This document shows, piece after piece, positions 1 to 10,503 of a stretch of 41,455 nt of DNA; within the stretch, counting starts at the first letter, position 1; each line of letters opens with the position of its first letter. Below the pieces are notes generated by a model. The model had not been told where the DNA came from. It saw nothing but the letters and a program-made list of their open reading frames with translations, and searched no databases. The stretch is from sequence record SRR31156797_4116; one strand, 5' to 3'. Both the position numbers and the translations under genes were made by a program.

Positions 1-23
1 TTCATAACCCAAAGGATTGCACA

Positions 24-1799
24 ATGGCTAAACCGGAGAACGGGAATGGGATAAACGGGAACACCGCCCTGAAAAACGGTAAAAAACGCAATGGCGCCTA
101 CTACTCCAGGCTGAATCGCAAATTCATTTTGCTGACGCTCATCTGTTCCGTTGTGCCGCTTCTCGTGGTGGGCTGGGGCATCAACATCCACTATGCCCGG
201 TTTGCCAAATCCCGGATGGTGGATTCTTTCCGGGACCAGATCGAAAATCATCGCAAAATCATAGAACTATTCCTGAATCAGCGCAGTTCCCTGCTCCAGT
301 TGATTGCCTATACGCACACTGAGCAATACTTGAGCGAGGTATCAAATCTCGCCCATGTATTTGAAACCATAAACAGGGAACATGGCGCCATTACCGACTT
401 AGGGCTGATCAATGAAGAAGGCCGTCATCTCGCCTACATCGGTCCATACGCTCTCATGGACAAGGATTACTCCCGGTCCTTTTGGTTTGGGGAAGTCATG
501 GAAAAAGATATTTACATCAGCGATATGTTCGAGGGATTTCGCAAGGTACCCCACTTTATTATGGCCGTTACCCGCGTTGAAAATGGGAAAAAATGGATTT
601 TAAGAGCCACCATAAACACGGAAGTTTTCCGTTCCCTTGTGGAAAACGTCAGGATCGGAAAGACCGGCGAAGTGTATCTCTTGAATCAGGACGGGATTTT
701 TCAAACAAGCCCTCGATTCATGGGGGAAATCATGAAAAAAACCCCCTTTGCCGTGGGCGCTTACCATAAGGGCATTCGAATTCACATCATAGAGGGTGAT
801 CCGAAACAACCTTTTCCCAAACAGTTAGTGGCCGACGCATGGCTTGAAGATCCTCACTGGCTATTGGTGGTAAAGCAAAACTACTCCGAGGCATTCAATG
901 CGGTTAACCATGCGAACTTTGTAACACTCATCTTTATCCATCTCAGTGCGCTCACCATCCTCATGGTCTCTTTTCTTACGGCAAGACACATGATCAAAGT
1001 CATCAAGAGGCGTGATGCGGAAGCGGATCAGCTAAATCGCCAACTGATGCAAACGGGAAAGCTGGCCTCGGTGGGGGAACTTTCCGCAGGTGTGGCACAT
1101 GAGATCAACAATCCTCTCGCCATCATTTTGACCGAAAGACAGATTCTGCTGGATCTGGCGGAATTCACCGAAAACCTGGACCCGGAGTTCAAAGGCCAAC
1201 TCTTAAGTTCACTATCACAGGTTTCCGTTCAAATACATCGCTGTAAACGGATTACCCATAACCTCCTGCGATTTTCGCGACGAACCAAATCGACCATTGA
1301 AACCATTGACCTCAATACCTTTATCGGAGAGGTCATCGATCTAATGGAAAGGGATGCCAGGACATCCGGCATTAAATTCATGCCCGATTTCCAGGAGAAC
1401 CTGCCTGAGCTTCTCAGCGATCCCTCTCAACTCCAACAAGTTTTTCTCAATATAATCACCAACGCCATTGATGCCCACGCCGGCATGCCTTACGGCACCA
1501 TCCGCATCGCGACCCGGTCTGATGATCAAAAGCAGGGAGAGACGGTAACCTTTACCGATAGCGGTTCCGGAATCGCACCCGAGATTTTAAACAAGATATT
1601 CGATCCTTTTTTTACCACCAAGGAAGTTGGCAAAGGGACCGGATTGGGTCTTTCGATCTGCTACAGCATTGTCAAACGGTTAGGCGGGGATATTACCGTT
1701 GAGAGTGAACGGGGAAAGGGGACTTCATTTACCATGTTTTTTCCTTATAAACCACCTGCAGACTTACAGGAAAGCCTGGCGGAGGCGCCAAACGACTAA
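24..1799 (+). CDS. Membrane sensor histidine kinase (two TM helices, periplasmic Cache-like region, HisKA + HATPase)
   Basis: H-box [12 protein letters not shown]-box [14 protein letters not shown] boxes DSGSGI / [17 protein letters not shown]; hydrophobic helices near residues 35-55 and 298-320. Confidence 0.93.
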   Translation: MAKPENGNGINGNTALKNGKKRNGAYYSRLNRKFILLTLICSVVPLLVVGWGINIHYARFAKSRMVDSFRDQIENHRKIIELFLNQRSSLLQLIAYTHTEQYLSEVSNLAHVFETINREHGAITDLGLINEEGRHLAYIGPYALMDKDYSRSFWFGEVMEKDIYISDMFEGFRKVPHFIMAVTRVENGKKWILRATINTEVFRSLVENVRIGKTGEVYLLNQDGIFQTSPRFMGEIMKKTPFAVGAYHKGIRIHIIEGDPKQPFPKQLVADAWLEDPHWLLVVKQNYSEAFNAVNHANFVTLIFIHLSALTILMVSFLTARHMIKVIKRRDAEADQLNRQLMQTGKLASVGELSAGVAHEINNPLAIILTERQILLDLAEFTENLDPEFKGQLLSSLSQVSVQIHRCKRITHNLLRFSRRTKSTIETIDLNTFIGEVIDLMERDARTSGIKFMPDFQENLPELLSDPSQLQQVFLNIITNAIDAHAGMPYGTIRIATRSDDQKQGETVTFTDSGSGIAPEILNKIFDPFFTTKEVGKGTGLGLSICYSIVKRLGGDITVESERGKGTSFTMFFPYKPPADLQESLAEAPND

Positions 1800-1844
1800 C
1801 ACCCATTTCCATATTGCAATTTCACCCATGAAAGGAGGAAAAAA

Positions 1845-2315
1845 ATGAAAGGTTCAAAGATTCTGTTGGTAGACGACGAAGTGGTTTTCACCGGCAATAT
1901 GTCCAAGCTCCTTGCCGCCAGAGGATACCGCGTCGCAGCCGTGAATAGCGGCAACGGCGCCATCCGGGCCCTTGATAATGAGGATTTTGACGTGGTTGTG
2001 TTAGACCTGAAAATGCCGGGAATGGACGGAATCACCACCCTGAAAGAGATAAAGAAATTAGGGCTCTTTACCGAAACGCTCATCCTCACGGGTCATGGCG
2101 CCATCGACACCGCCTTGGAAGCCGTCAAATTAGGCGCATACGATTACCTGACCAAACCGTGCGAAATTAATGAACTGGTCAACAAGATAGAGGGGGCATG
2201 GGGAAAAAAGGATGAAGGGGTAAAAAAAGACATACAGGATAAAATCCGGAAAGTAGTGGAATCTCCGTTGGACGCTCTTGAGGTATTCCCCAAGGGTGCG
2301 AAGAAAAGAAGATAA
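1845..2315 (+). CDS. Single-domain response regulator (receiver) with a short C-terminal tail
   Basis: ILLVDDE, LDLKMPGMDG, LTGHG, YLTKP motifs; SD AAGGAGG upstream. Confidence 0.93.
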   Translation: MKGSKILLVDDEVVFTGNMSKLLAARGYRVAAVNSGNGAIRALDNEDFDVVVLDLKMPGMDGITTLKEIKKLGLFTETLILTGHGAIDTALEAVKLGAYDYLTKPCEINELVNKIEGAWGKKDEGVKKDIQDKIRKVVESPLDALEVFPKGAKKRR

Positions 2316-2329
2316 ACCGTATTCTGTTT

Positions 2330-2370
2330 AAAAAAACCCTTTGGGGGGATACTCCTTGGGGTTTTTTCTT
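2330..2370 (+). terminator. Possible intrinsic terminator after the response regulator
   Basis: AAAAAACCC...GGGTTTTTT imperfect hairpin ending in a T-tract. Confidence 0.4.
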
Positions 2371-2421
2371 GGCCAAGTCCCGCCTTAAAAGGATTTGGCG
2401 CAACTTGAAGGGAGCCCACAT

Positions 2422-3819
2422 ATGAAGGGGAGAATGAAAGTCATTGGATTCATCTCATTGGCCGCAACGCTGCTTTTTTGGTGCCGGCCGGCACTATCTT
2501 TAGCGACATCTGAAGATGTTTTAAAGCGGCTTGATAACCTGAGCAACATCATCCGGCAACAGCAAAAAGAGATTGAAAAATTAAAGCAAGAATTGAAGCA
2601 TCAAAGAAGATCGATTCAAGGGGAGCAGGAGATTCAAAAAGAGGAAATCAGGAAAGCGGTCAAGGCCGAAACAAAAGAAGTGGAAAAATCCTGGCAAGAG
2701 TGGGTTCCCAAATGGGTACGGAAGATCAAGATCAAAGGCGATCTGCGGCTCCGCTATGAAAGACTCTGGGACCGGGGGATGTTGAATGATAATGGAACCG
2801 AAGGGAAACAGGATGCGCGCGACAGGGGCAGGCTCAGGGTCAGGTTCTTCGTTGAGGCACCCATAACAGACGAGATAAAGACCTATTTCATGGTTACCAC
2901 CAACATGGCCACAAACCATGAGGCCACCACCACCAACGCGACCTTTGGGGAGGATTTTAACGACAAGGGGATCTACCTGGCCAGGGCCTATGCGGAATAC
3001 AAGCCGAATTGGCTCAAGGGATTGGGGCTTGGGGCCGGAAAATTCAAAAAGAATTTCTATAATACGGACATCATGTGGGACACGGACGTGAATCCGGAAG
3101 GTGTCTTTGAGTACTATAGATTCACGGGATCAAAGATTTTTCAGCCTTTTATTTACTTGAGCCAGATGGTGGTAAATGAAAACAACCGCACTCCCGATGC
3201 CATGCTCTATCTTAATCAGGCGGGTTTTAGCTGGGATATGGGTCCGATCCAATGGGTCCTTGCGGGAAGCTACTATAGCTGGAGCAACCTTAACGGCACA
3301 AAATGGATGCATGATGGGTCATATAACAAGAGTGGCGGAAATTCATTTGTGAAAGACCCGACCACCGGGAAAATAGATTACGAATATGGGTACAAACTAT
3401 GGGAAGGTATCTCCGAGATTGGATTCAAACTGGGTCCCTACCCCGTAAAGGTATTTCTTGACTATATTTATAATGCAGCGGACAACGTGCCGAGCAACGA
3501 AAACAAGGCTTATAATTTTTCATTTAAAATCGGCAATGAGGATAAAAAAGGTGCCTACTCCCTTTACTACAAATATGCCTACATAGAGCAAAATGCCGTT
3601 CTGGGTTGCGTAAACGACCAGGATTTTTACGGGGCCAACCGCAAAGGTCACAAAATAGCACTACATTACTGGCCGTACGCCAACACGCTTCTGCGGGCCG
3701 CCTTTTTCTATACAGACCCGGTATCCACGTGGCAGAAGGCGGGAAATCCTCTCTGGAACGCCGACCGGTACAAGATGCACGAGAACAGGCTGCAGATAGA
3801 TGTTGTCTTCAAATTTTAG
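2422..3819 (+). CDS. Putative outer-membrane porin (Porin_5-like) with signal peptide and N-terminal coiled coil
   Basis: Signal peptide, QQQKEIEKLKQEL coiled coil, IKIKGDLRLRYE and RDRGRLRVRF, WDTDVNPEG, C-terminal RLQIDVVFKF beta signal; ATG 2422 with GGAG SD preferred over the track's TTG at 2395. Confidence 0.8.
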   Translation: MKGRMKVIGFISLAATLLFWCRPALSLATSEDVLKRLDNLSNIIRQQQKEIEKLKQELKHQRRSIQGEQEIQKEEIRKAVKAETKEVEKSWQEWVPKWVRKIKIKGDLRLRYERLWDRGMLNDNGTEGKQDARDRGRLRVRFFVEAPITDEIKTYFMVTTNMATNHEATTTNATFGEDFNDKGIYLARAYAEYKPNWLKGLGLGAGKFKKNFYNTDIMWDTDVNPEGVFEYYRFTGSKIFQPFIYLSQMVVNENNRTPDAMLYLNQAGFSWDMGPIQWVLAGSYYSWSNLNGTKWMHDGSYNKSGGNSFVKDPTTGKIDYEYGYKLWEGISEIGFKLGPYPVKVFLDYIYNAADNVPSNENKAYNFSFKIGNEDKKGAYSLYYKYAYIEQNAVLGCVNDQDFYGANRKGHKIALHYWPYANTLLRAAFFYTDPVSTWQKAGNPLWNADRYKMHENRLQIDVVFKF

Positions 3820-3899
3820 CCCGCCCCCAAGGTTTACAACTCAACCGTCAACCCCCAAACGGGCCCTCATGGGGCCAGCCGGAAGGAGATCCATTATTT

Positions 3900-5615
3900 T
3901 CAGCGACCCAGATCAACAATCTTGAGCTGCACCTTTTCGTTTCCTTGCCATCGGTTTATTTCAGGCGAAAAAACCACATTCAGGCCGGTCCCCTTAAGCG
4001 GATGTCTGTTTCCCAGACCGAAGCCGATGGCATCAAAGGCCTGATCTCCTTGCCCCATCCGCAGCTTGAGATGACGATCACCCACGATCCGGGATTCAAA
4101 AACCTTTACGGAACGGGCCATAAAGACCGGTTCGGGATTCCCCTCGCCAAAGGGCGCCAGCGCTCTGATCTGATGAATGACATCCAGGGTGATATTCCTG
4201 AAAAGCAGTTCGCTATCCACATTAATGGTGGGAATTAAATCCTTTGCCAGAAGTTGTGCCCTGGCCTCTCTTTCCATCTCTTCTTTTAGCTTTTCCAATC
4301 CCGATTCCGGCAATGTGAATCCCGCCGCGTGGGAATGCCCGCCGAATCTATGGAAATATGGCGCCGCCTTTTTCATGGCACCGTACAGATCAAATCCGTC
4401 AATGCTTCTTCCGGACCCAACGGCAATACCGTCGCGAATGGCGGCGACCATGGCGGGTTTGTGATATCGGTCCACCAATCGAGACGCCACGATGCCCAGG
4501 ACGCCGGGGTGCCAACCTTCCGAGCTCAGAAGAATAATCCGCTGGTCGTCCATCCCCTCTTCGATCATAAGGATGGCCTGGTCAAGAATATCCCTTTCCA
4601 AGGACTGGCGTCTAAGGTTTGTCGCATCAATCTTGTGGGCCAAAACATCGGCTTCCCGATCCATTTCGGCCATGAGCACACGCAACCCCATGAGGGAATC
4701 CCCCATCCGACCCGGTGCGTTGAGGCGGGGGGCCACCCTGAAAGCCAGATCATCGGAAGAAACATCCGTTATGCCGACACCCGCCACATTCATGATGGCC
4801 CGAATTCCCGGCCATATGGAATGGGCCATGCGGGTCACACCACCGGAAACCAGGATTCGGTTCTGTCCCAACAACGGCACACGATCCGCCATTGTCCCCA
4901 GGGCCACGAGATCCAGATACTCTTTCAAATCCGGCTCATTTCGGGACTTGAACCATCCTTTTTTCCGCAACGCCGCTCGAAGTCCCACCGCCAGAAAAAA
5001 GGCCAGCCCGACGCCGGAAAGGGACTTAAACGGGAAAGAGCAACCGGGCTGATGGGGATTGATCACCGGACATCGGGGCCGAAATCCGGATGGAACCAGG
5101 TGATGGTCCGTAACGACCACATCCATCCCCAGACGTTTTGCCAGATCCACCTCCATGTCATTGGAAATCCCGCAGTCCACCGTGATGATCAAACCCGTCC
5201 CGTTTTCCTGAATATGTTTCACGGCCGCTTCATTCAGGCCATACCCTTCTTTCAACCGGTCGGGCACGTAAGTTGCGACGGAAAGTCCCAATTGCGAGAG
5301 GAAGATCGCCAGCAAGGCGGTGGCCGTTAGCCCATCGGCATCGTAATCGCCATAAACGGTGATTTTCTCATGCTCTTCCATGGCCAGGACAATGGATTTG
5401 ACGGCTTCATCCATTCCCTTCATGCCCATGGGGTCGATCATTTGAGATAGACGGGGAGACAAAAAGGACTGAATGGTATTTGTGTCCGTAAGGCCCCGAT
5501 TCACCAGAAGCTGTGCCTGAAGGGGCGTCACACCGGCTTCCCGGACGAGATGCGGCACCAGTGATGATTCGGGTTTTAATTTCCAGGTTTTGCGCCCGGA
5601 CAAGACGGTTTTCAT
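3900..5615 (-). CDS. recJ: Single-stranded-DNA-specific exonuclease RecJ
   Basis: YGDYDADG, ITVDCG, TDHH, ALGTMAD, APRLNAPGR, GSGRS, GGHSHAAG, LAPFGEGNPEP. Confidence 0.97.
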   Translation of the reverse strand: MKTVLSGRKTWKLKPESSLVPHLVREAGVTPLQAQLLVNRGLTDTNTIQSFLSPRLSQMIDPMGMKGMDEAVKSIVLAMEEHEKITVYGDYDADGLTATALLAIFLSQLGLSVATYVPDRLKEGYGLNEAAVKHIQENGTGLIITVDCGISNDMEVDLAKRLGMDVVVTDHHLVPSGFRPRCPVINPHQPGCSFPFKSLSGVGLAFFLAVGLRAALRKKGWFKSRNEPDLKEYLDLVALGTMADRVPLLGQNRILVSGGVTRMAHSIWPGIRAIMNVAGVGITDVSSDDLAFRVAPRLNAPGRMGDSLMGLRVLMAEMDREADVLAHKIDATNLRRQSLERDILDQAILMIEEGMDDQRIILLSSEGWHPGVLGIVASRLVDRYHKPAMVAAIRDGIAVGSGRSIDGFDLYGAMKKAAPYFHRFGGHSHAAGFTLPESGLEKLKEEMEREARAQLLAKDLIPTINVDSELLFRNITLDVIHQIRALAPFGEGNPEPVFMARSVKVFESRIVGDRHLKLRMGQGDQAFDAIGFGLGNRHPLKGTGLNVVFSPEINRWQGNEKVQLKIVDLGR

Positions 5616-6355
5616 TGGGGATCGGGGGTGAGGATTTTTTCGATGGCATCCACATCTTCCGGAACATCCACCTCAATGGAATCGTATATGCTTTCCGGAA
5701 CATTGATTCTGTACCCGTTCTCCAGGGCTCTCAACTGCTCCAGTTTTTCCAATGATTCAAGAACCCCTTCCGGCAGGGCGGTAAACCGGAGTAGAAAATT
5801 CATTCTGAAACAATAGAACCCCAGATGTTTGTAATGGACCCGGCCGGGATTCCCGTCACGGCAGAAGGGAATCGGGCATCGGGAAAAATAGAGGGCAAAC
5901 CCCCGGTTGTCCGTCACCACCTTTACATGATTGGGATTGGTTACATCATCCTCATCCCGAATTCGACATTTGAGGGTACTCATGGGGATGGATTCATCCG
6001 CCACCAGGGGCGCAATCATGGCGGAAACCACCTCGGGCTGAAACGCCGGCTGATCCCCCTGAATGTTCACCACCAGATCCCGATCCTTTACACCAACCAT
6101 CTGAGCGGCTTCGGCAATTCGATCCGTTCCGGACGCATGATCGCGCCCTGTCATTAAAGCCTTGCCGCCAAAACCCTTGACACATTCCAGGATACGGTCA
6201 TCGTCGGTGGCCACATAAACCGCTGAAAGCTCGGGACATGCCAGGGCCCGTTCGTAGGCATGCTGGATCATGGGTTTTCCATTAATCATTGCCAGGGGTT
6301 TTCCCGGAAAACGGCTGGACCGGTATCTTGCGGGGATAAAGGCGAATATGGTCAT
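5612..6355 (-). CDS. kdsB: 3-deoxy-manno-octulosonate cytidylyltransferase
   Basis: IPARYRSSRFPGKPLA, SGTDR, NIQGDQP, ALYFSR, LEKLEQLRALE. Confidence 0.97.
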   Translation of the reverse strand: MTIFAFIPARYRSSRFPGKPLAMINGKPMIQHAYERALACPELSAVYVATDDDRILECVKGFGGKALMTGRDHASGTDRIAEAAQMVGVKDRDLVVNIQGDQPAFQPEVVSAMIAPLVADESIPMSTLKCRIRDEDDVTNPNHVKVVTDNRGFALYFSRCPIPFCRDGNPGRVHYKHLGFYCFRMNFLLRFTALPEGVLESLEKLEQLRALENGYRINVPESIYDSIEVDVPEDVDAIEKILTPDPQ

Positions 6356-6364
6356 ATTATCGAC

Positions 6365-6736
6365 TCAGGGCTCCATATAGCTGGCGCATGCCGATTCGGA
6401 TTCCCACGCCGTCACCTTGCTCACCCGGACCCCATCCACATCCAGGCGATCCGAAAGGGTCTTGAAAATATGGCACGCGATGTTCTCGCTTGATGGCTCC
6501 ATGGACTCAAAGGCACCGATTTCGTTCAAAAATTTATGGTCCAGGTCGTCAAGAATCTTTTTTGTATGGTCTTTAATGACCCTGAAGTCCATGAGCAGCC
6601 CGTCATCTCCCAGTGCGTTTCCCACCAAGGTCACTTCCACCTTCCAGTTGTGCCCATGGAGATTTTCACATCCCCCCACCAGGGCACGCAACTGGTGGGC
6701 GGCCGCAAACTGGGAGGTTATTTTCAATTCATACAT
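6365..6736 (-). CDS. queD: 6-carboxy-5,6,7,8-tetrahydropterin synthase
   Basis: FAAAH, CENLHGHNW, DF, LDHKFLN, PSSENIA, WES; start placed at MYELK (6736). Confidence 0.93.
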   Translation of the reverse strand: MYELKITSQFAAAHQLRALVGGCENLHGHNWKVEVTLVGNALGDDGLLMDFRVIKDHTKKILDDLDHKFLNEIGAFESMEPSSENIACHIFKTLSDRLDVDGVRVSKVTAWESESACASYMEP

Positions 6737-6749
6737 CCCTAAATATCCT

Positions 6750-7070
6750 TTAGGCATCCTTTTCTTCTTTAGCTTCAGCCTCTTTTGTTTCCTCTTTCAA
6801 AGGCTCCTCATCCCCTTCGGCCTTCCCGCATTCAGAACACCTGCCGTCAACCATAATGCCGGTGCAGGTCCCGTCGGGACATAATACCCGATTGTCAAAA
6901 TCGATGTCTTCGTCATCACCGAAAAAGTTTTTACCCTGATGGACCGGTGGCGCCGATTCCTTCAGGGGTGTTCCGCATGACATGCAATAGGTTGCATCCT
7001 CATAAACGGTCTCTCCGCACTTCGGGCATGGGGATCCCGGAATCTCTTTGTCACAATGTGGGCATTTCAT
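6750..7070 (-). CDS. Double zinc-ribbon protein
   Basis: Several CxxC pairs (CPHC, CPKC, CMSC, CSEC) plus CPDGTC; first gene of the queD-kdsB-recJ run; SD AGGAG. Confidence 0.8.
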   Translation of the reverse strand: MKCPHCDKEIPGSPCPKCGETVYEDATYCMSCGTPLKESAPPVHQGKNFFGDDEDIDFDNRVLCPDGTCTGIMVDGRCSECGKAEGDEEPLKEETKEAEAKEEKDA

Positions 7071-7090
7071 CGCTAACCATCTCCTTTTCA

Positions 7091-7118
7091 GAGGTTCGAA
7101 GTTCAGGGTACAGGGTTC
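7091..7118. repeat. Degenerate heptamer tandem repeat, 4 units
   Basis: GAGGTTC GAAGTTC AGGGTAC AGGGTTC. Confidence 0.45.
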
Positions 7119-7262
7119 GGATTATAAGGAAAGGCAACCCTTGTGTCAAACACTACAAACACCCCGCATCCAATCCGCGAAACAAAACTTGAAAAATTCC
7201 GCCCGTGCCTGTATCAAAGAGGAACAAAATGGTGTTCTCGGAAAAGTTATTGAATCACCGAC

Positions 7263-7286
7263 CCCGTGGGTAAGCACGGGCTTTTT
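7263..7286 (+). terminator. Terminator-like hairpin in the leader of the PAS/GAF kinase
   Basis: CCCGTG-GGTAAG-CACGGG followed by CTTTTT. Confidence 0.4.
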
Positions 7287-7318
7287 CATTTTCCGTAGGC
7301 AATGGAGGGTTATCCTAA

Positions 7319-10195
7319 ATGGTTGAAGAGTTGACCTCAAAGGCGCTGAAGGAGAAAGTGACGGCGCTCGAATCGGAACTGGCTGAACTAAGGAACAGGG
7401 GAAAAGACCTTGAACGAGAAAAAAAAAGGCTTTCTCAAATCCTTCAGGAAACCGGAGTTCCCACCTTTGTCATTGACCGCAATCACATTGTGACCCACAT
7501 CAACAAAGCCTACGAAAATCTGACCGGAATTACCGCCGAAGAGATCCTGAACACCCGGAACCAATGGCTGGCGTTTTATCCCACAAAGCGACCCACCATG
7601 GCCGATCTCATCGTGGACCACGCGAATGAGGAGGAAATCTCCCGATACTACAAGGGCAAATACCGGAAGTCGGCCGTGTCTGAATCAGGTTTTGAATCCG
7701 AAAGACTCTTTCCCAATTTGGGGAAAGGCGGCAAATGGCTTTTTTTTACGGCCTCGCCTTTAAAGGATGAAGCGGGAAACATTACCGGCGCCATTGAAAC
7801 CCTTCAGGATATTACGGAGCAGAAAAATGCCGAGCATGCCTTGCGGGAGTCCAGAAAAGGGATGCGGTCTCTGCTCGATTTCGTACCCTACCCCATCATT
7901 GTCTGCAACCTGGACGGGAGTGTCTATTACGTCACACCGGCTTTCACGGAAACCTTCGGCTGGACCCTTGACGAACTGGAAGGGAAAACCATTCCCTACA
8001 CGCCCAAGGGACTGGAAGCGGAAACCCGGCAGATTCTAAAGGAGCTGCTGGAAACAAAGCTGGTACTGCGGCACATCACCAAACGGCTCACCAAAGACGG
8101 CCGCCTTCTGGATGTGGTTATGAGAGGCGTGATCTATTCCAAAGACCCCAATGAACCCGGGGGAGAGCTGGTACTGCTTCGGGACATTACCCGCGAGCGG
8201 AGAATTGCCCGAAACAACCGGGCCATGCTGAGAATCAGCATGGCCCTTCCGGAATATCCCGATCTGGAAAATCTCCTCGACTACATCAGCCGGGAAATCA
8301 AGGAACTCCTGGGAACCGAAGGCGCTCTGGTGGTACTGGTTGACGAGGACCGGGGTGAGCTTTTCTACAAGGGCGCGGCTTACGACGACAGCACGACCCA
8401 ACAGCGGATCAAGGAGATCCGCTTTCCCCTGGACAAAAGCGTTGCGGGAAAAGTCATCCGCACGGGAAAAGCCATTGTTGTCACGGATACGAAAAAAGAA
8501 CCCAGTTTCTATCCGGGCGTGGATGAAAAGCTGGGGTATCAAACCCGAAACCTGCTGGAAGTGCCTTTGAGAAGCGGTGACCGCATCATCGGAACCCTTT
8601 GCGCACGCAATAAAAAGGAAGGCGTCTTTGAGGAAACGGATGTTGAACTCCTCAATATGATCGCCGGCACCGTGGTGCTCTCCATTGAAAACGCCCGATT
8701 CTCAGAGGAGATCATTAACGCCTACAAAACCAATGAAGCACTCCTTCGCATCAGCACGGCCCTACCCGAATACCCCGATCTGGGAGAACTCCTGGACTAC
8801 GTGAGCAATGAGGTGAAGCGTCTTATGGATTCCGAAGGGGCACTGGTGACCCTTCTGGATGAAGAGAACAGGGAACTTTTCTTCATCGGTGCCGCTTACG
8901 ATGACATGGCGACCCAGAAAAGGGTGAAAGAGATCCGCTTTCCCATTGATAAACTCATCGCGGGTCAGGTCATTAAAACCGGCAAACCCATGATCATGCA
9001 TGATACCCTGACAGACCCCGCCATTCACCGGGAACGGGACAAAATCATGGGGTACCAAACCCGTAACCTTCTCCTGGTTCCCCTGAGAAGCAGGGATCGG
9101 ATCATCGGTGTCCTGTGTGCCATCAACAAGAAAAAGGGGAATTTTGACCAGGGGAACGTGGAACTTTTGAGTCTGGTGGCGGGAACCGTTGAACTCTCCA
9201 TTGAAAACGCCCGATTCTCCGAAGAAGTGAAAAAAGCTTACCGTGAAGTATCCAGTTTGAACCGGGCCAAGGACAAAGTGATCAACCACCTCTCCCATGA
9301 GTTGAAAACCCCCGTTTCCGTCCTTTCCGGATCGCTGAATATCCTTGCCAGAAAACTGGCCCTTCTCCCCGACAAAAAATGGGAAAACACCTTGGCCCGC
9401 GGTGAAAGAAACCTCGACCGCATCATTGAGATTCAAAACCAGGTGGAAGACATCATGCGGGAGCGGCACTTTGAATCCCACCACGTGCTGAGCCGGATGG
9501 TCGATTTGTGTGCCGACGAACTGGAAACCCTTGTGGCCGAACAGATCGGTGAGGGCGACATCGTCAAAACCATCCGAAAGCGCATCGATGACATCTTCGG
9601 AGCGGAGGAGAAGACGCCCCAACTCCTGGCCCTGGACGAGGTGGTTCAAAAGCGTCTGGAAACGCTCAAGCCACTGTTTTCCCATCGTAACGTTCAGGTC
9701 ATGGAAAACCTGAAACCCACACGTCGTATTTTCATCCCCCCGGAGCCGCTCCAGAAAGTCATTGACGGCCTGGTCAAAAATGCCGTTGAAAACACCCCCG
9801 ATGAAGGAAAAATAGAAATCACCGTGACCCAGACAAATGGCATGGTGGAGGCGGTGGTTCGGGACTACGGAGTGGGCATCATCGAAGATGCACAGAGAAG
9901 AATCTTTGAAGGCTTTTTTGCCACACAGGACACCCTGGCCTACTCTTCCAAAAGGGCTTTTGATTTCAACGCCGGCGGAAAAGGCGCCGACCTGTTGCGC
10001 ATGAAAATCTTTGCCGAACGGTATGGTTTTAAGATCAGGATGACATCCACCCGCTGTCCCTTCATCCCTCAAGAGACCGATCCATGTCCCGGCAAAATCA
10101 GCGCGTGCAGCCACTGCAACCGCCCGGAGGACTGTTTTGTTTCGGGAGGCACCACCTTTACACTTCAGTTCAGATCAGCCATCAATGAGGGTTGA
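7319..10195 (+). CDS. Cytoplasmic histidine kinase, PAS-PAS-GAF-GAF-HisKA-HATPase
   Basis: PAS ends TLQDITEQK and LLRDITRE; two GAF units ending SIENARFSEE; H-box LSHELKTP; LVKNAVE, DYGVGI, GGKGADL. Confidence 0.92.
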   Translation: MVEELTSKALKEKVTALESELAELRNRGKDLEREKKRLSQILQETGVPTFVIDRNHIVTHINKAYENLTGITAEEILNTRNQWLAFYPTKRPTMADLIVDHANEEEISRYYKGKYRKSAVSESGFESERLFPNLGKGGKWLFFTASPLKDEAGNITGAIETLQDITEQKNAEHALRESRKGMRSLLDFVPYPIIVCNLDGSVYYVTPAFTETFGWTLDELEGKTIPYTPKGLEAETRQILKELLETKLVLRHITKRLTKDGRLLDVVMRGVIYSKDPNEPGGELVLLRDITRERRIARNNRAMLRISMALPEYPDLENLLDYISREIKELLGTEGALVVLVDEDRGELFYKGAAYDDSTTQQRIKEIRFPLDKSVAGKVIRTGKAIVVTDTKKEPSFYPGVDEKLGYQTRNLLEVPLRSGDRIIGTLCARNKKEGVFEETDVELLNMIAGTVVLSIENARFSEEIINAYKTNEALLRISTALPEYPDLGELLDYVSNEVKRLMDSEGALVTLLDEENRELFFIGAAYDDMATQKRVKEIRFPIDKLIAGQVIKTGKPMIMHDTLTDPAIHRERDKIMGYQTRNLLLVPLRSRDRIIGVLCAINKKKGNFDQGNVELLSLVAGTVELSIENARFSEEVKKAYREVSSLNRAKDKVINHLSHELKTPVSVLSGSLNILARKLALLPDKKWENTLARGERNLDRIIEIQNQVEDIMRERHFESHHVLSRMVDLCADELETLVAEQIGEGDIVKTIRKRIDDIFGAEEKTPQLLALDEVVQKRLETLKPLFSHRNVQVMENLKPTRRIFIPPEPLQKVIDGLVKNAVENTPDEGKIEITVTQTNGMVEAVVRDYGVGIIEDAQRRIFEGFFATQDTLAYSSKRAFDFNAGGKGADLLRMKIFAERYGFKIRMTSTRCPFIPQETDPCPGKISACSHCNRPEDCFVSGGTTFTLQFRSAINEG

Positions 10196-10496
10196 TAGGG
10201 ATAACGGATTCTTCAGGTTTATCACCCGGCAGTGAGTTCCTGACGGTTACGTCGAACCCCATGGATTCCAGGCTTCCGATCCATTGACGGGCATCTTCCA
10301 TCCGGTCATAGGCCCCCACCATGAGAAGACATCGGTCATTTTCGTCCCATACCCAGCAGTACTCCAGGAACCGGATACCATGGGACTCCAGCTTCAGTCG
10401 CAGATCTTCTCTCTGTTGCTCCCTTTCATCGAAATCCAGACCTTCATAGGATGCCCATCGGATGCATACGTAATACATATCCTTAAACGCTTTCAC
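10182..10496 (-). CDS. Hypothetical protein, 104 aa
   Basis: Follows the SprT/DUF2786 gene by 7 nt in the same orientation; protein-like composition. Confidence 0.65.
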   Translation of the reverse strand: MKAFKDMYYVCIRWASYEGLDFDEREQQREDLRLKLESHGIRFLEYCWVWDENDRCLLMVGAYDRMEDARQWIGSLESMGFDVTVRNSLPGDKPEESVIPINPH

Positions 10497-10503
10497 AAAA
10501 ACC

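Noticed and set aside
8762-10114. 450-aa minus-strand ORF, and similar long antisense ORFs such as 4329-5330, 10720-11445 and 23432-24337
   Set aside because: They lie opposite well-supported genes and have no recognisable motifs, as is typical of shadow ORFs.
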